From positions 13,440-77,439 of the forward strand of contig BTVV01000018.1 in NCBI GenBank assembly GCA_045863855.1: DNA of 64,000 nucleotides. Direction: 5' to 3'. The position numbers were made by a program, and so were the translations under genes. The notes under the pieces were generated by a model. It saw only the letters and a program-made list of their open reading frames with translations, searched no databases and was not told the origin of the DNA. This document shows, in pieces, positions 55,229-64,000 of this stretch; position 1 is the first letter of the stretch, and the number at the start of each line of letters is the position of its first letter. Source of the DNA: Planctomycetota bacterium. GTDB taxonomy: Bacteria; Planctomycetota; SZUA-567; H5-PLA8.

Positions 55229-58200
55229 TTACTTCGTCTCCTGGATGGCTTCGATGCCGCACAATACCGGACCGTGCGCCGATCCGGCGACGGGGACCAA
55301 GTCGATCTGCAGGAGTCCGTCGACGCGCACGTTCTTGAACTCCTTCGCCAGCCCGCGTCCAGGCCCGCCCGCTTCGGCGGACACATCCAGTCCGCTCAGC
55401 ACCGACTGCCCCTGCAGCTTCACGTCAAAGACGCGCTGCCCGGCGGCAAGCGAATCGGGCTCCATAAAGTAAAGCTTAATGGTGTACGAGCGGCTCGGCC
55501 CGGCCGGCGTATCTGGGAGCTCCGATTCCTCGCGCTCTAATTCGAGCACCAGCGAAGGCGCTTCGTCTTTGTCGCGATCGAAAGACTTGGCCACCCGCTT
55601 ACCTTTTCCGGTGATCAGAAACGCCATCGCCTGGCCGGACTTCCAGCCCGGCCGGCTGACGATCTCTTTGAGCAGCGGCGCGAGATCCGGTGAACGCTGT
55701 TCCTCGGCCGCATCGTCTTCTTCGACCCAGCGCTTGGGCTTCCAGACCGCTTGGGCCTGTGTGAGCGCCCGCGTGGAGAGGTTATGCCGGTCTCCCGTGA
55801 ACGCGGCCGCCTGGTCCGCGGCCTCGGCACGGATCGTCAATTCGCACGGACCGCCGCTCGGTTCGTCGGTAGAAAATTGCAGATAGGCGCGCAGCAGCTT
55901 GTCCGTGGCGCTCAGCTTGACGCTCCTGAACCGAAGGCCCACGGTCTGCGGAGCGGCATCCTCGCTCAGTTCCAGATCGCTGCTCCTCAGGTCGATCGTC
56001 CCATCGGCGGTTTCTTCGGCATCGTCCGCTCCGTCGGCCAGGATCGACGTATTCAGGGCCGGGCCTTGCGCCACCTGAAGGCGCAGCGTGAGTTTGCGCA
56101 GATTCTTCACGCCCGAGGCCACCACCCACGGGTGGCCGGTGCCGTCCATGCGCATCGCATGATGGCGAAACCATTTCAAGCCTTCGCCTTCGACCTTCAC
56201 TTCCGGTCCCATCGACTTCGCGCCGACCTCCGGGTACTCCAGCCACAGCGTCCCGTCTTCCGCCTGGCGGTCGCCGGGCGCACCCAGGTTTACGCCGGCC
56301 CGCACGATCGAGGCCCCGCCGTTCTGGCCGCCGACACGGTAAGTCCACATCTCCAGTTCCGGCATCGGCACCAGCGCCAATGATGTCTGGTTCTGGTATC
56401 CACAACTGCACGTGCGGGTGTAGTCGGGCGCGTTGAGCACGCCGTCGGCCACGACCAGATTGGAGGTGCAGCCCGACTTGAATCCGCCGAAGTTGCCCGT
56501 ACCGCTCCGATTCGCCCAATCGAAGAAGCCCGCGGCGCCGGATCGGAACGTGAGCAGGTGCTCGCTGGCGATGGCGGTATTGCAGCCGTAGGTGCGCGTA
56601 AAACGCAGCGGTTCGAGTTCGCCGGTCAACGGGTTGGTGTAGCGCTTCTCGCTCCCGTCCAAGAGGCTGAGAATGCCGCTCGATACCTTGTAACTGTTGG
56701 TCGTCGTGATGATCGCATCGCCGTGCAAGATGCACGGACCCGTGTACTTCCGCTTCAAATCTTGCCAGACCGGCGCGCCGTCGGCGCCTTTGAAAACGGC
56801 CATGCCCGCGCCGGCTTCGTCGCGCAGACGGTCGGTCGCATTGGCTCCGGCTTGCAGCAGCAGGTCATGCTCTTCCGAATAGCCCAGCCACGATCCAAAG
56901 AGCGGCTCGGTGCGCTCCCACAAGACCTTTCCGGTCGCCGCATCCAGCGCGACGATCCGGTACGGCTCCTTGATCGCCACGCCCAGTCGCTTGAAGCGCT
57001 CTTCGATACTCAGCGGCAGGCGGTCCAACGCATAGATGCGTCCGTTCCCAGCCACGATCCCATTGTGGATGAACCCGTGCTTGGCCGGAACGGTCCAGCG
57101 CACCGCTCCGGTCTTGCGGTCGATCGCCGCCAAGCCTTCGCTGGCGGAAACGTCCACCGCAAAGCCCCACGTGGTCTGTTTCGCCGCGCCGGCCTCGTCG
57201 AGCTTCTTGCTGAAATGCGCGAAGCCCGTTCCGCCCAGGAGCAGGTCTTCGTACACGCCGATAAAGCCCCACTCCGGGTCACCCGCCTGGCCGGGAAGCC
57301 GCGGTAGCTTGATCGTTTGCCGCGCTTCGCCGGTTTTCGGATCCAGTTCGTGGCAGCCGTCGGCGGCGGCTACGTAGATGGCTTCGGCCGTGGCAATGAA
57401 ATTGGTGCCGCGCGCATTGGCTCCGGGAATGTGGACTTGGTTGTAGGCCGTCTCCAGCGGCGTGTCCTTGTGCGTATGGTCGAAATAAATCCCGCTCACG
57501 CCCAAATCGGCGAATTTTCGCTGCCACAGGACGCGGCCGGTATACACATCGCGCGCGTTCAGGAGGTCCATGCCCATCACGAACAGCCGCCCCCCGATCA
57601 CTTGCTCGGACGGCCCGTGGCCGTGCCGCGGCAATACGTCGAGATTGGAGCTTCCACCGAACCAGAGCAATCCCAGCGGTAAGCGCACGCGCTTGTCGTC
57701 GGACTTCACCGTATTGGCGATGTTGCCGTACAAGTGGGTCCAAGGCGCCGAACCCGGCAGCGCGCCTTCGCGCACCAGGAGAAATCCCCCCGCCTCCTCG
57801 CGCAGTTTCGCGCCTTCCAGTACGCCGTCCTTGACTTGCGCCGCAATGGCTTCGCGCACGCCCGGCGTCTCGGGAATCCATAGCGCTCCGCCATAGGGCC
57901 GCACCGATCGATACAGCGCCGGAAGCGTTTCGGGCGCGGCGTACCGCGCGGCGGCTTCGCGGCCCACCAGGACCAGATGCGCCATATAAGGAGGCGCTTC
58001 GAAAGCGCGCGGTTCGGCCGCGTGGGCCGTCAATCGCGTTCCGTACACACCGGCCGCGTCCGCACGCGCGCGCAACCGCGCGACCGCATCGGCCCGTTCG
58101 TCCAAGGCGATCACTTGCAAGGACGATGCGTTGACCAGAGCCATCGGCCAAGCGCCATCGTCGATGCCGAAACAGAGCGCGTAGCCCGACTTCGCATCGG

Positions 58201-59551
58201 CGGCCGCTGTCAACTTCTCGGCCAAATTGCCGGCATCGGCCGGCACCGCCATCGCTCCGGCCGTTTCGCGCCATTCTTGAGGCGCGGGTTTCGCTTCCGC
58301 TCCGAAACAGAGCAGCCGCCCGTCGCTCAACACCGCCAGTAGCCTGCCCCGCGCGGCCAACAGGCGCAAGATCTCGCCCTGCACCGGAAGCGTCCAAACC
58401 ACCCGCGGCGTGCCGCCCGTAGCGGGCAACTCGATCGCCGCAATGCCCGCTTGCCCGGCCGCATACAATCGATTCCCGGCGCGGATCAGATCGCCGCTCG
58501 CGTCGGCCTCCAGTTCCCAGAGTTTTTTCTTATCGGCTCCGGCGGCCTCGTAGGCGGCAACCTTGGGTTCCTTCGGATCTGCCGCATAAATCGTCGCGCC
58601 ATCCAGGACGGGTTCGTTGGGCGCAAACTTGCCCTTCGCGCCATTCGCCAAATTAAAAGCACGCACGCCGCGCACACGCGTATGGGAGAAAAACTCCTCC
58701 TCATTGGCGCATACGAACGACCCGCCGTTGCCCTTCCCGGCTTTAGCCAATTCGAAATGCGCCAGACGGCCCGTCGCGCGCTCGAAGACCGCGGGGATCG
58801 AGCGTCCGCCGGGCACCACGAGAAATTTCTCGGTCGCCGCCAGCGCTCCCTGGGGCGCGACCCCCGCGAACGCCGGCGCGCTGTGAGGCTGCTGTATGAA
58901 ATCCGAGGACGATCCGTCGTTCAACCACTTCACCTTTCCCGTGCGCGCGTCTAAAGCGTAGATAAAGGTGCCCATGAACGGCCAGATGCTGGCGGCGCAA
59001 TAGACTTCTCCGTCCCGGCAGACCGGCCCGCCGCGCATGGGCCACGCGCCGATCAGGCGTTTGTTGCCCAACACCTTACGCGCCGTCGGGCCTCCCCGGA
59101 TGCGCCAGCGTTCCGCGCCCGTCGCGGCGTCCATCCCGTACAGATAGCCGTCGTCGCTGGCCGCGAAGACCAAACCTTCAGCGGAAGCCGGCGGCAATCG
59201 GACCGGACCGTCCGTGATGAAGTTCCAGGCCTCTGCCCCGCTGTTCAGGTCGAGCGCCACGACGCGATCGCGATCGTTGAGACCCAGGATCACGCGATCG
59301 CCCACGACAATCGGTTCCAGGATCCGGTCGTACGGCATCAGATCCTGGTTGAGCGGGTCGTCCCAGACGGGCGTGCGCGGCGCGTAGGCGCGCGTCCATT
59401 GCAGATGGAGTTGAGCGGGCAATTCGTGCGGCGACGACGCCGATCGGTGAGCGTCGAAACGCCAGTGCGGCCAGTCTCCGCCCTCGCCGGCCGTTGCCCC
59501 GAGAGATACCCAAAGCACGCTGCTAAGACACCAAGCCGCAAGCATCCGCAC
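55229..59551 (-). CDS. Large secreted PQQ-like beta-propeller protein with methyltransferase-like central domain and malectin-like C-terminus
   Basis: DWPHWRFD, repeated DA.TG..W propeller motifs, VRPYGG, RTYGC, RTCSC, YFMEP..GQRVFDVKLQG. Confidence 0.8.
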   Translation of the reverse strand: MRMLAAWCLSSVLWVSLGATAGEGGDWPHWRFDAHRSASSPHELPAQLHLQWTRAYAPRTPVWDDPLNQDLMPYDRILEPIVVGDRVILGLNDRDRVVALDLNSGAEAWNFITDGPVRLPPASAEGLVFAASDDGYLYGMDAATGAERWRIRGGPTARKVLGNKRLIGAWPMRGGPVCRDGEVYCAASIWPFMGTFIYALDARTGKVKWLNDGSSSDFIQQPHSAPAFAGVAPQGALAATEKFLVVPGGRSIPAVFERATGRLAHFELAKAGKGNGGSFVCANEEEFFSHTRVRGVRAFNLANGAKGKFAPNEPVLDGATIYAADPKEPKVAAYEAAGADKKKLWELEADASGDLIRAGNRLYAAGQAGIAAIELPATGGTPRVVWTLPVQGEILRLLAARGRLLAVLSDGRLLCFGAEAKPAPQEWRETAGAMAVPADAGNLAEKLTAAADAKSGYALCFGIDDGAWPMALVNASSLQVIALDERADAVARLRARADAAGVYGTRLTAHAAEPRAFEAPPYMAHLVLVGREAAARYAAPETLPALYRSVRPYGGALWIPETPGVREAIAAQVKDGVLEGAKLREEAGGFLLVREGALPGSAPWTHLYGNIANTVKSDDKRVRLPLGLLWFGGSSNLDVLPRHGHGPSEQVIGGRLFVMGMDLLNARDVYTGRVLWQRKFADLGVSGIYFDHTHKDTPLETAYNQVHIPGANARGTNFIATAEAIYVAAADGCHELDPKTGEARQTIKLPRLPGQAGDPEWGFIGVYEDLLLGGTGFAHFSKKLDEAGAAKQTTWGFAVDVSASEGLAAIDRKTGAVRWTVPAKHGFIHNGIVAGNGRIYALDRLPLSIEERFKRLGVAIKEPYRIVALDAATGKVLWERTEPLFGSWLGYSEEHDLLLQAGANATDRLRDEAGAGMAVFKGADGAPVWQDLKRKYTGPCILHGDAIITTTNSYKVSSGILSLLDGSEKRYTNPLTGELEPLRFTRTYGCNTAIASEHLLTFRSGAAGFFDWANRSGTGNFGGFKSGCTSNLVVADGVLNAPDYTRTCSCGYQNQTSLALVPMPELEMWTYRVGGQNGGASIVRAGVNLGAPGDRQAEDGTLWLEYPEVGAKSMGPEVKVEGEGLKWFRHHAMRMDGTGHPWVVASGVKNLRKLTLRLQVAQGPALNTSILADGADDAEETADGTIDLRSSDLELSEDAAPQTVGLRFRSVKLSATDKLLRAYLQFSTDEPSGGPCELTIRAEAADQAAAFTGDRHNLSTRALTQAQAVWKPKRWVEEDDAAEEQRSPDLAPLLKEIVSRPGWKSGQAMAFLITGKGKRVAKSFDRDKDEAPSLVLELEREESELPDTPAGPSRSYTIKLYFMEPDSLAAGQRVFDVKLQGQSVLSGLDVSAEAGGPGRGLAKEFKNVRVDGLLQIDLVPVAGSAHGPVLCGIEAIQETK

Positions 59552-59725
59552 GCCGCCACCTACCTTCTAAGAAAATGGGACCGCTGGCATTCGAAGCACG
59601 AAAGCTACTCATAGTCTACCCCAACCGAGCTTAATTTGCCGAACCGCCCCGGAGCGCGCCGTTGGGTTGTAAGAATGCCCCTAGGCATTAGGATTCAGGC
59701 TCCAACCGCCCAACGGAGTCCCACC

Positions 59726-60574
59726 ATGCTCGATTCCCTACTGAATCCGGACAAGCGCAAGGTGCAGGCGCAGAAGCAGGCCCTCTTTGCCAAGCGCCAG
59801 CTCGCGATTTTGAAGCTGCTCCAGTACCAGCGCTTCGAACACAGCGGCATTTACGTAAACGACCACGCGCAAATGGCCTTCAGCGTACACAGCAAATGCG
59901 GCGAGGACGGTTTGATTCTGGGGATCTTCGAGCGCGTTGGGGTCGAACGGCACACCTTCGTGGAGATCGGCATTCAGGACGGGCTGGAATGCAATTCGGC
60001 CAATCTCGCGATCCACTTCGGCTGGAGCGGCGTCATGCTGGAAGGCGGCGAGGATTACGCGCGCGAAGCCGCCAAGAATTACGACAGCGTTCCGCGAGTG
60101 ACGATCAAGCAAAGTTTCGTGACGCGCGAGAACATCAATGCGCTGTTCGACGAGACGAAGGCCGATCGCGATTGCGACCTCTTCAGCATCGATATCGACG
60201 GAAACGATTACTGGATCTGGGAGGCCCTGGAAGATTTTCGACCGCGTCTGGTCGTGGCTGAATACAATCCGTACTTCGGCCCCGAGCGCGCGGTGACCAT
60301 CCCCTACGATCCGCAGTTCGCGCATCGCACCAAATACCCGCGCGGCTATTTTGGCGCTTCGCTGGCGGCGCTCAATAAGCTGGCAACGAAGAAAGGCTAT
60401 GCCCTGGTCGCCGGCTCCGATCTGGGACGCAACGCATTCTTCCTACGCCGCGAATTACTCTCGGCCGAAGTACCCGAAATCCCGCTCGAAAGCGTTTACC
60501 TTTCGCGCCAAAAAGAACGTCACGGCGTGCGCGTCGTGGACTCGATTCAGGGTTTGCCGCTGGTGGAGGTCTGA
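59726..60574 (+). CDS. FkbM-like SAM methyltransferase-fold protein
   Basis: S..GEDG, FVEIG, FSIDIDGNDYW, PRLVVAEYN, GASL.AL, NAFF. Confidence 0.72.
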   Translation: MLDSLLNPDKRKVQAQKQALFAKRQLAILKLLQYQRFEHSGIYVNDHAQMAFSVHSKCGEDGLILGIFERVGVERHTFVEIGIQDGLECNSANLAIHFGWSGVMLEGGEDYAREAAKNYDSVPRVTIKQSFVTRENINALFDETKADRDCDLFSIDIDGNDYWIWEALEDFRPRLVVAEYNPYFGPERAVTIPYDPQFAHRTKYPRGYFGASLAALNKLATKKGYALVAGSDLGRNAFFLRRELLSAEVPEIPLESVYLSRQKERHGVRVVDSIQGLPLVEV

Positions 60575-61662
60575 CCGTCCGTACCGCCGACTCCTTCTAG
60601 CTCCAGCCATTCGATCCGGTCCGGAAGCGCCGGATTGTAAAGTCGTTCCCACAGCATGTCGGACGACAGGCGGATCACCGCGTCGAGGTCGACTTCGAAG
60701 CGCAAAGCCGGCAACGCGAAGGCCAACGGTAACTGCTTGTTGGTCTGGACCGCCAGCCGCGGCACATATTCTCCACGCGCGCGCAGGACTTCGCACAACC
60801 CCAGAGCCGTATAGTCGTCGAAAACGATCAGCCCGTCCGGCCGTTCGTGCGGCGGCGCCGCCAGCAGTCCCGCGGCCGTACGGCGGCCTTCTTCCACCCC
60901 GGGCAGCGCCAAGATTCTGCGCCCGGCCGCGGACGGCATTCCCGCAGCCGTAAGCTCTTCGCACACGCCGCTCCACGCGCGATCTTCCGCCGCCCCGGCT
61001 TGGGCATCCCGGTACACCATGCCCAACGAACGGCAGCCGAGCTTCAGGAGTTCCCTGGCCGCACGGCGAGCCGATTGATCGCGGTCGATGCGCACCCCGC
61101 AAGGATACTCACCCGATGAGAAGCAGACTGCAGGCACCTCAAGTTGGCGCAAGCCGGCTTGATCGGATTCGGCCAGGCGCGTCAAGACCGCGATGCCGTC
61201 GAGGTCCCCTCCCTCAAGGTCACCGGCGAGATGCTGGAAACTCGACAAGCGCGCCGGCACATCGGGCTGGTAACGGTAGTAGCAGATGCAGCGGCAGCCG
61301 CGCCGCGAAAGTTCGGCCTGGAGTCCGAACGCAAGCAGCGCGTTGTAGCTGCTGGGGCCTTGGAACGGCGCGGGCAGGGTGGCGATCCCCGCCGACCAGG
61401 CCACCGGCGGCAACGCGGCCATGTCCGCGACGGTGGTGCCCACCTTGCTTTTACGCCGCAAAACGCCCTGCTGCACCAGCGCCTGCATCGCGGCGGAAAG
61501 CGTGTCGTTGTTGGTCGCGAATCGTCTGCACAGTTCCTGCTGCGGGGGCAGCTTCTCGCCGGGCTTAAGGCCATTCGCGCAGACGTACCGCACGATTTTC
61601 TTATACGCTTTGTATGCCTGCGACGTTACGCGCAGCGTAGTCTCTTCGCCCAATCTCGGCAT
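60547..61662 (-). CDS. GntR-HTH regulator with LacI-type sensor domain
   Basis: LKPGEKLPPQQEL...L...GVLRRKSKVGT; RPDGLIVFDD. Confidence 0.82.
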   Translation of the reverse strand: MPRLGEETTLRVTSQAYKAYKKIVRYVCANGLKPGEKLPPQQELCRRFATNNDTLSAAMQALVQQGVLRRKSKVGTTVADMAALPPVAWSAGIATLPAPFQGPSSYNALLAFGLQAELSRRGCRCICYYRYQPDVPARLSSFQHLAGDLEGGDLDGIAVLTRLAESDQAGLRQLEVPAVCFSSGEYPCGVRIDRDQSARRAARELLKLGCRSLGMVYRDAQAGAAEDRAWSGVCEELTAAGMPSAAGRRILALPGVEEGRRTAAGLLAAPPHERPDGLIVFDDYTALGLCEVLRARGEYVPRLAVQTNKQLPLAFALPALRFEVDLDAVIRLSSDMLWERLYNPALPDRIEWLELEGVGGTDGQTSTSGKP

Positions 61663-61692
61663 GGGTGCATTCCCGGGACGACGGCGGGCCGG

Positions 61693-62463
61693 TTACCGCG
61701 CCACCCATTCCTCGAAGAGCGCTTTCGTGAGCTGCAACACGCGCAGAGGATCGTCGCTGGGCTTCAATTCGAGAGAGATCAAGCCTGCATAGCCGTCGTC
61801 GCGAAGCTGCCTGAAAAATTTCTTATGCGGAAACGCCGCATCCAACAGGTCGTGCACGTGCACATGCTTGATCCACGGCCGGAGCTTGGCCCATACTTCG
61901 TCCCAGCGTTCGGGCGGTGTGTTGCCCGGCTGGCCGTTGTGAACAAGATAACAGCGCGGATGCTTGACTTGCTCCACGACCGCCAGCGCATGCTCCCACG
62001 CGGTGAAATGGCCGTGCATCTCGATCGGGCAGTCCACGCCCACGGTCTCGCCGAACTCCGCGCATTCCCTCAGGGCCGTGGCGATCCGCGCGATCGTGAC
62101 TTCTTTGGCTTCGCCTTTGTCTTCATGCAGCCGGTCGCCCAGGCAACGCAGACGCGGCGCACCCAGTTCGCGCGCCAGTTCCGCCCAGCGCTTCGTGGCG
62201 TCGATATTGCGCCGCACTTCAGCCGGATCCTGCGAGTCGTAGCGGCACGTCACCGAGAGCGCCGCGATCTGCACGCCCGACGACTTGAACTTTTCCTTGA
62301 TGCGGGATTTTTCGGACGCCGAAAGCTCCAGCGCGATGCTCGACTTAAACTCCGGATGAATCATGATCTCGAAGGACGCCAACCCGGCCGCGGCGACGAG
62401 ATCGACCATCTCGTCCAGTGTGCGGACCTTGCCCATCTGCCAACCGTGTAGACCGAGTTTCAT
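61693..62463 (-). CDS. Sugar phosphate isomerase/epimerase (xylose-isomerase-like TIM barrel)
   Basis: IEMHG, HVHVHD, GYAGLISLE. Confidence 0.82.
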   Translation of the reverse strand: MKLGLHGWQMGKVRTLDEMVDLVAAAGLASFEIMIHPEFKSSIALELSASEKSRIKEKFKSSGVQIAALSVTCRYDSQDPAEVRRNIDATKRWAELARELGAPRLRCLGDRLHEDKGEAKEVTIARIATALRECAEFGETVGVDCPIEMHGHFTAWEHALAVVEQVKHPRCYLVHNGQPGNTPPERWDEVWAKLRPWIKHVHVHDLLDAAFPHKKFFRQLRDDGYAGLISLELKPSDDPLRVLQLTKALFEEWVAR

Positions 62464-62776
62464 GGCGCCCCCTCATGCTTGGCGTGGATTCCAGCTACCT
62501 TCATATGCGAAGGAAGGCAGCTTGCCAATGCCAAGCTATCCGGGGTCGCGCTCGATGGACTCTTCTTCCTCGATCCTGGTGGCCGCGTGACGCTCAAGGC
62601 CCAGTGCTTCATACCGCTCGGCCAATCGCCTTGGAGGCTTAGAAGCAGGCATAGCTTGCGCGATACTTCATCGGACAGCAGCTTCGGAACTAGAATCTAC
62701 TTTACCTGCACGCCTTCGATTAGGTCGATAGGGGGGTTGTACAAATTCCGTAGCATGGCGGCACCGTACTGCGATT

Positions 62777-63307
62777 TCAACGCGGGCGTGGATTGTTATT
62801 ACGTGCTAAGTTCCAACGCCGATACACGCAATACGCGCAAAGGAGGATTCCACCAAGAAATCCTATTGCGTATGCGGCGGAGTGCGCCCAAAGGTTGGCA
62901 AGAAAGACATGGTGCCTTTCTTTAGGAATGCGCGAGGCCAAGGGCTCTAGCAACCAGACCGTACCGCTTTGCGCCAAGGCGTATCCGACTAGTCCGGATA
63001 CTAACGAAAGCAAGGCCATGGCGCCCATTAACACCAGCAGCGGCCAACGCAACTCCCGCCACGTCAGCATAGGTCCACGGCCGGCTCGGGCGCAACAAAC
63101 CAACGAAATCCCGATAATTGCACCGGCCCACCAAGTCGCTACTATTCCCCACACCATTGCAAGTGCAGTAGGCGAGTTTGATTCGATAATGCGAGGATGG
63201 CCAATGGTGAAATATTCAACGCAAACGCGCGCGGTCACTTGGTCGTGAAGTATGCCGTAGACGGTGGCTGCAATAGTCGCGGCAAATACGATCTTCAACG
63301 CTTCCAC
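62777..63307 (-). CDS. Four-TM hypothetical membrane protein (AT-richer than its flanks)
   Basis: YGILHDQVTARVCVEYFTIGH, WGIVATWW, WAHSAAY..G. Confidence 0.7.
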   Translation of the reverse strand: MEALKIVFAATIAATVYGILHDQVTARVCVEYFTIGHPRIIESNSPTALAMVWGIVATWWAGAIIGISLVCCARAGRGPMLTWRELRWPLLVLMGAMALLSLVSGLVGYALAQSGTVWLLEPLASRIPKERHHVFLANLWAHSAAYAIGFLGGILLCAYCVYRRWNLARNNNPRPR

Positions 63308-63322
63308 CGGTGTAACTTCCGC

Positions 63323-64000
63323 TCAACTTACCGCGGCGACCGGGCTTTCCACCGGCGCGCTACCGCGCAGCTTCAAGCGCGTGCGGAAGTAGGCGCCGAA
63401 GGCTTTGCGCATCGCGGCCAGTTTCAGCCGATGCAGCGGGTACGCATCGCGGTCTTCTTGCGGCAGGAGCCAGCGGCACTCTTCCGGATTCATCACGATG
63501 CTGACGTGCACGTTCGGCGCGACGCCGATCGGCAGCCCGCGCTCCATGCAGCGCCGGTAGTAGTGCGCGAATACCGGGATCATCTCTTCGACCTTCGGCG
63601 GCGGAAGCGCCGCGTAGTCGGTGCCGATCACCGGACGGAACACGCAGACGGTCGGCACCGCGCCGATGGCGGTAAGCCAATCGATGGCCTGCATCGAATC
63701 GCCGGGCGCTTCCAGCCCCGCGATCATTTCCCCGTTGGTCGTGTCGAATTTCACTTCTTTTGCGCAGAACTCGATCGCGTCGAGGTACTTCGCGAGGCCG
63801 GCGCGGCGCGCCTTGCCGGGACAGACCTCCTCGAAGCGTCGCGGATTCCAGATCTCGTAGCACAGCGAGACGTTGTTCACGCCCCAGCGCTTCACTTCGC
63901 GATATTGCTCGTGCTCCCACAGCGGCGGCACCTGAAATCCCGTCAGCATACCGGTCTGCTCGCGCACGCGGCGCAGCACCGGACCGAAGCGTTCGAGGTA
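63323..64000 (-). CDS. Radical SAM protein, C-terminal part (truncated by window edge)
   Basis: Frame is open to the window end; E...CPGK, MIAGLE, GAVPTVCVFRP..GT are typical of radical SAM C-terminal halves. The CxxxCxxC motif is not in the window. Confidence 0.7.
   Translation of the reverse strand, partial: YLERFGPVLRRVREQTGMLTGFQVPPLWEHEQYREVKRWGVNNVSLCYEIWNPRRFEEVCPGKARRAGLAKYLDAIEFCAKEVKFDTTNGEMIAGLEAPGDSMQAIDWLTAIGAVPTVCVFRPVIGTDYAALPPPKVEEMIPVFAHYYRRCMERGLPIGVAPNVHVSIVMNPEECRWLLPQEDRDAYPLHRLKLAAMRKAFGAYFRTRLKLRGSAPVESPVAAVS

Noticed and set aside
60547..60574. 28-nt convergent overlap of the methyltransferase and regulator genes
   Set aside because: Short 3' overlaps are common and nothing suggests a function.
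381..63920. Many long antisense or alternate-frame ORFs (e.g. 6591-8231, 13425-15023, 37522-39006, 61144-62451)
   Set aside because: They are shadows of real genes in high-GC DNA: Arg/Ala-rich, with no motifs, and overlapping well-supported CDS.

Overview
High-GC bacterial chromosomal window, most consistent with Planctomycetota (inferred from gene content and protein styles, not from a marker gene). About 50 CDS and one tRNA(CAT, probably Ile2). (1) 1-11.7 kb is a divergent respiratory locus. The minus strand carries a cupredoxin-like lipoprotein, ctaA, ctaB, an ABC-2 pair and SCO. The plus strand carries a Rieske protein, a 1376-aa cytochrome c with 8 CxxCH motifs and a second cupredoxin-like protein, with no cytochrome b. 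(2) Carbohydrate-use genes sit beside three GntR-HTH/LacI-sensor regulators. (3) hemW, tRNA, Ser/Thr kinase, DUF2950 and an unusual Zn-ribbon/ACP fusion. (4) etfB, a CxxC-rich gene, etfA and xylB. (5) A hybrid histidine kinase whose N-terminus matches the ETR1-type ethylene-binding domain at the key residues; this is the strongest candidate for an uncharacterised system here. (6) tpx/ahpC, an HD-GYP protein, three tandem small membrane paralogs beside purC, and a TPR pair. (7) A receiver-rich two-component cluster, a large Ig-repeat protein, a heparinase II/III-like lyase, a PQQ-propeller/malectin protein and a partial radical SAM gene. No CRISPR array, rRNA, integrase or transposase was seen. 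All calls come from reading motifs by eye; no database searches were run, and several start codons were moved from the ORF track.
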